Positions 61,527-64,000 of a DNA stretch of 64,000 nt are shown in pieces. Source of the DNA: a virus. Lineage: Duplodnaviria > Caudoviricetes. The DNA is taken from the IMG/VR virus record IMGVR_UViG_3300037067_027616, positions 320,001 to 384,000 of that record; one strand, written 5' to 3'. Position numbers and translations under genes: made by a program. Within the stretch, counting starts at the first letter, position 1. Every line of letters starts with the position of its first letter. The notes beneath the pieces are model-generated. The model ran no database searches and was not told the DNA's origin. It saw only the letters and a program-made list of their open reading frames with translations.

Positions 61527-62474
61527 ATGAAGCACCTCATACGTAGGATGGCCGCGTCAAGTTTGAGTGTGTCAGCCCATATCAAGGTGGGTTGCGACTG
61601 TCTCAATGTGGTCAAGGATGACGCAGACAGAAAGTTGTTCTTGAACGGTTACGAGACCATGTCAGACAGGGGGGACGGAGATGATTCATTTGCCGCCGTG
61701 ATGTCAGACATTTTGTCGAAGCTGTTCAAGAGCGGTAAAGGTAAGGTCATCATGATGATCGATGGGGGTACCGGCGGCCTTATGAAGGACGTCGCCGGCA
61801 GATTGGGAAAATCGATCGGCAACGACAAAGTGGACTTAAAGGACGGGAACCCACCGAAGTCTGTGGAGCCTGCCGATTTCAAAGTTGACACCGCTGTAAA
61901 CATGGACGCTTTAGCAAACAACATAGGTGTGCTTGCAAGCAAGATTGCTGCGGTCGCAGATGCAATAGATTCAGCGCGTGATGCGGGTCTTATGATCACC
62001 AGGAAGAGGTTGGTGCAGAGTATGTGGGGCGCAGACAAGATGCAGAGAATCCTCGATGGAGTCAGGGTGCGGTTGGAGAACCTCGATTACCCATGGTCAA
62101 AAGTGGCTGTGTCCTCCGAAGTCATGACAAAGTCCGCGCCAAGACTTCAGAGGAAGTTGTCATCCGAAAATTCTGGTGATGACGGCATGGTGGCGAATGT
62201 ACTCATACCTGGTATAAACGATGGGTATCTGAATGTGAAACGGGCGGCGGAGGAAATTGCCGTGTCAATCGTTCCACTTGTGTACATAGACGATGCTTTT
62301 CAAAGGAACACGACATACCCGGCTACATGGTTCTTTGACCAGGACATGATGGACGGTGTGTCACAAGGATACGACACGGTGGTGGACTTCTTAACACAGA
62401 TACCGAAAATAGAATCGAAGGTCATGGATCCATTGTCTTTGGCACGCATGCGCATAATCGATGGTGAAAAATAA
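61527..62474 (+). CDS. Hypothetical protein
   Basis: 315-aa ORF tightly packed between its neighbours. No recognised family. Confidence 0.5.
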   Translation: MKHLIRRMAASSLSVSAHIKVGCDCLNVVKDDADRKLFLNGYETMSDRGDGDDSFAAVMSDILSKLFKSGKGKVIMMIDGGTGGLMKDVAGRLGKSIGNDKVDLKDGNPPKSVEPADFKVDTAVNMDALANNIGVLASKIAAVADAIDSARDAGLMITRKRLVQSMWGADKMQRILDGVRVRLENLDYPWSKVAVSSEVMTKSAPRLQRKLSSENSGDDGMVANVLIPGINDGYLNVKRAAEEIAVSIVPLVYIDDAFQRNTTYPATWFFDQDMMDGVSQGYDTVVDFLTQIPKIESKVMDPLSLARMRIIDGEK

Positions 62475-62483
62475 GGAATACAA

Positions 62484-64000
62484 ATGGCAGACAATTTCGG
62501 AGCAAAGCAATCAAGGGTTGTGACGGTCGATGAGAGAAGCCTCGACAACGTGGTGTTCCTCACGTGCCGTCCCCCGCTCAGTTCCGAATGGAATTTGATT
62601 AATCAAATAGGCAACAACAAAGCACTCGATGCATCAAAACTCTCACTGCCCTCTGGATGGATGCGCGTAGGATGCGTGAGCGATACCGTGTCGGAGTCGG
62701 ATGCACAATCCGGAGATGCTTTGACGTCAGAGTCTTATGATGCAAACACGTTCAAGCTCGTTTCCAAAGGCGGTAATGTTGCCGTGGTGAATGGGTGGCG
62801 CGTTCTCGTGCAGGGGTGGAATTCGCCGGATGACAACAACGTCATAGAACTCGACACAGCGGCGGGTCAGATGTATGACTTCGTGTTCCTCGAAGTGTGG
62901 AGGAAGCTGGTCGCCTACAACGAATCTCTTTATCCTTATGGAAATACGTCACACACTCCTTACACCGACAACGAAATACTTTGGCCAACCGTGGGTACAG
63001 AAACATCTATGCGGGTGCAGATACAATACCGCATCAGGTCAGTGCCGGTTACTACCGCGTTGTCTGGAGACAGCGATGTGTTTTCCGCAATGGATATTCA
63101 CCCCATAGGCGGCAGGGTTATAGGAGAGGATACGTTCCGTAACTTTGCACCGAGCGGCGCAGACGATGTGACTCTCTACACCGCAGGTGACGGATCTGAA
63201 ACCAGCCAAACTGAACTGAATACGGTCGATGGATATGTCTACGCCGTACCCATGTTTTTGGTCTACAGAAGGACACCGTCCGTATCCGTGTTCACCCCAA
63301 CTTCTATAGACTCCTGTTACACGACCGTTGCCAAAAGCCTCGAGGGCTACGTAAAAGATAGGCCGGATGCGTTGCTTGCCGATGCTGTTTATGCGCAAGA
63401 CATCGTTGACTTCAGGCACCAGGTTCTCACAGACTCCGGAGATTTAAGCGGCGTTATGGCGCGCACGTTCGCGAAACTGATCTCCGGTAATTTGACCACG
63501 GCCCTCAAAAGGGGATATGACGAGGACGGTGAGCAAAGTTCCGCAGGAAGCGGTGGATCTGTTTTGACGAAGGCCGAACGGATCAACAGTACGGGTTCCG
63601 ACAACATTCCCAACATGGGTACGGGTGACATTTTCCGCCGCGCGTTCTGTAACGCGGAAGTGTATCATGACCACAACGTGTTTTCCGTGCCAATGAACGG
63701 CGGTGGATCTTGGGCGGCAGGGACGATAGCCATTTCAAGCTTTTTCTCAAAAGCGTATGGATCAGTCACATCCGTAGAAGGTGTTTATTCGACAGATCTT
63801 GGTGCGATCGTCACTGATGTCACGTATAACTCTACGAATATAGTAATAGGTTCTTCAAGCAACCTGGTGGGAACATCTTTCAACCTCTATATGGAATTCA
63901 CGTTCGGATACAATTCATCGGACGCGGGGTTCAAGGATGTCCCGAGGACGTTGCTTGAGGCGGCGAAAGGCACTTTTGCGCCAATATCCCTCGGCAATCC
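62484..64000 (+). CDS. Second DUF6519-like tail-fibre base protein (3'-truncated; absent from the ORF track)
   Basis: AAGGA ribosome-binding site, then ATG. Translates as MADNFGAKQSRVVTVDERSLDNVVFLTCRPPLSSEWNL..LPSGW..VNGW..VFLEVWR..RVQIQYRIR..NTVDGYVYAVPMFLVYRR, collinear with 29554. Confidence 0.8.
   Translation, partial: MADNFGAKQSRVVTVDERSLDNVVFLTCRPPLSSEWNLINQIGNNKALDASKLSLPSGWMRVGCVSDTVSESDAQSGDALTSESYDANTFKLVSKGGNVAVVNGWRVLVQGWNSPDDNNVIELDTAAGQMYDFVFLEVWRKLVAYNESLYPYGNTSHTPYTDNEILWPTVGTETSMRVQIQYRIRSVPVTTALSGDSDVFSAMDIHPIGGRVIGEDTFRNFAPSGADDVTLYTAGDGSETSQTELNTVDGYVYAVPMFLVYRRTPSVSVFTPTSIDSCYTTVAKSLEGYVKDRPDALLADAVYAQDIVDFRHQVLTDSGDLSGVMARTFAKLISGNLTTALKRGYDEDGEQSSAGSGGSVLTKAERINSTGSDNIPNMGTGDIFRRAFCNAEVYHDHNVFSVPMNGGGSWAAGTIAISSFFSKAYGSVTSVEGVYSTDLGAIVTDVTYNSTNIVIGSSSNLVGTSFNLYMEFTFGYNSSDAGFKDVPRTLLEAAKGTFAPISLGN

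Overview
This window is a gene-dense, entirely + strand virion tail module, most consistent with a large (jumbo-type) contractile-tailed bacteriophage. An eCIS-like element cannot be formally excluded because no capsid or terminase gene is in view. Gene order: two probable tail-assembly chaperones, tape measure (1089 aa), two tube-initiator-like paralogues (one fused to a Tlde1/DUF2778 peptidoglycan-active domain), hub, spike, a 3248-aa structural protein, gp25-like and gp6/J-like wedge proteins, and a DUF6519-like fibre-base protein with an inserted YCF48/BNR propeller. A roughly 22-kb block of PKD, collagen-like and beta-helix fibre/adhesin genes follows, then a gp7/I-like wedge protein, a collar-like protein and a second DUF6519-like gene that runs off the end. 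Embedded among the fibre genes is a six-gene sugar-modification cassette (TylF O-methyltransferase, two glycosyltransferases, two radical SAM enzymes, a GH30-like protein lacking its acid/base Glu). Top hypothesis: a phage-encoded virion O-glycosylation system, because a (G)-x-Thr-Gly motif recurs throughout the surface proteins (collagens, PKD domains, C-terminal domains, baseplate tail) but is rare in the tape measure. Other observations: a structured IS200/IS605-end/omegaRNA-like element with no nuclease gene in the window, a repeated intergenic promoter-like motif, a LamG domain split across two in-frame genes, and an ART-fold-like orphan gene. All family assignments come from motif recognition by eye, not from database searches.
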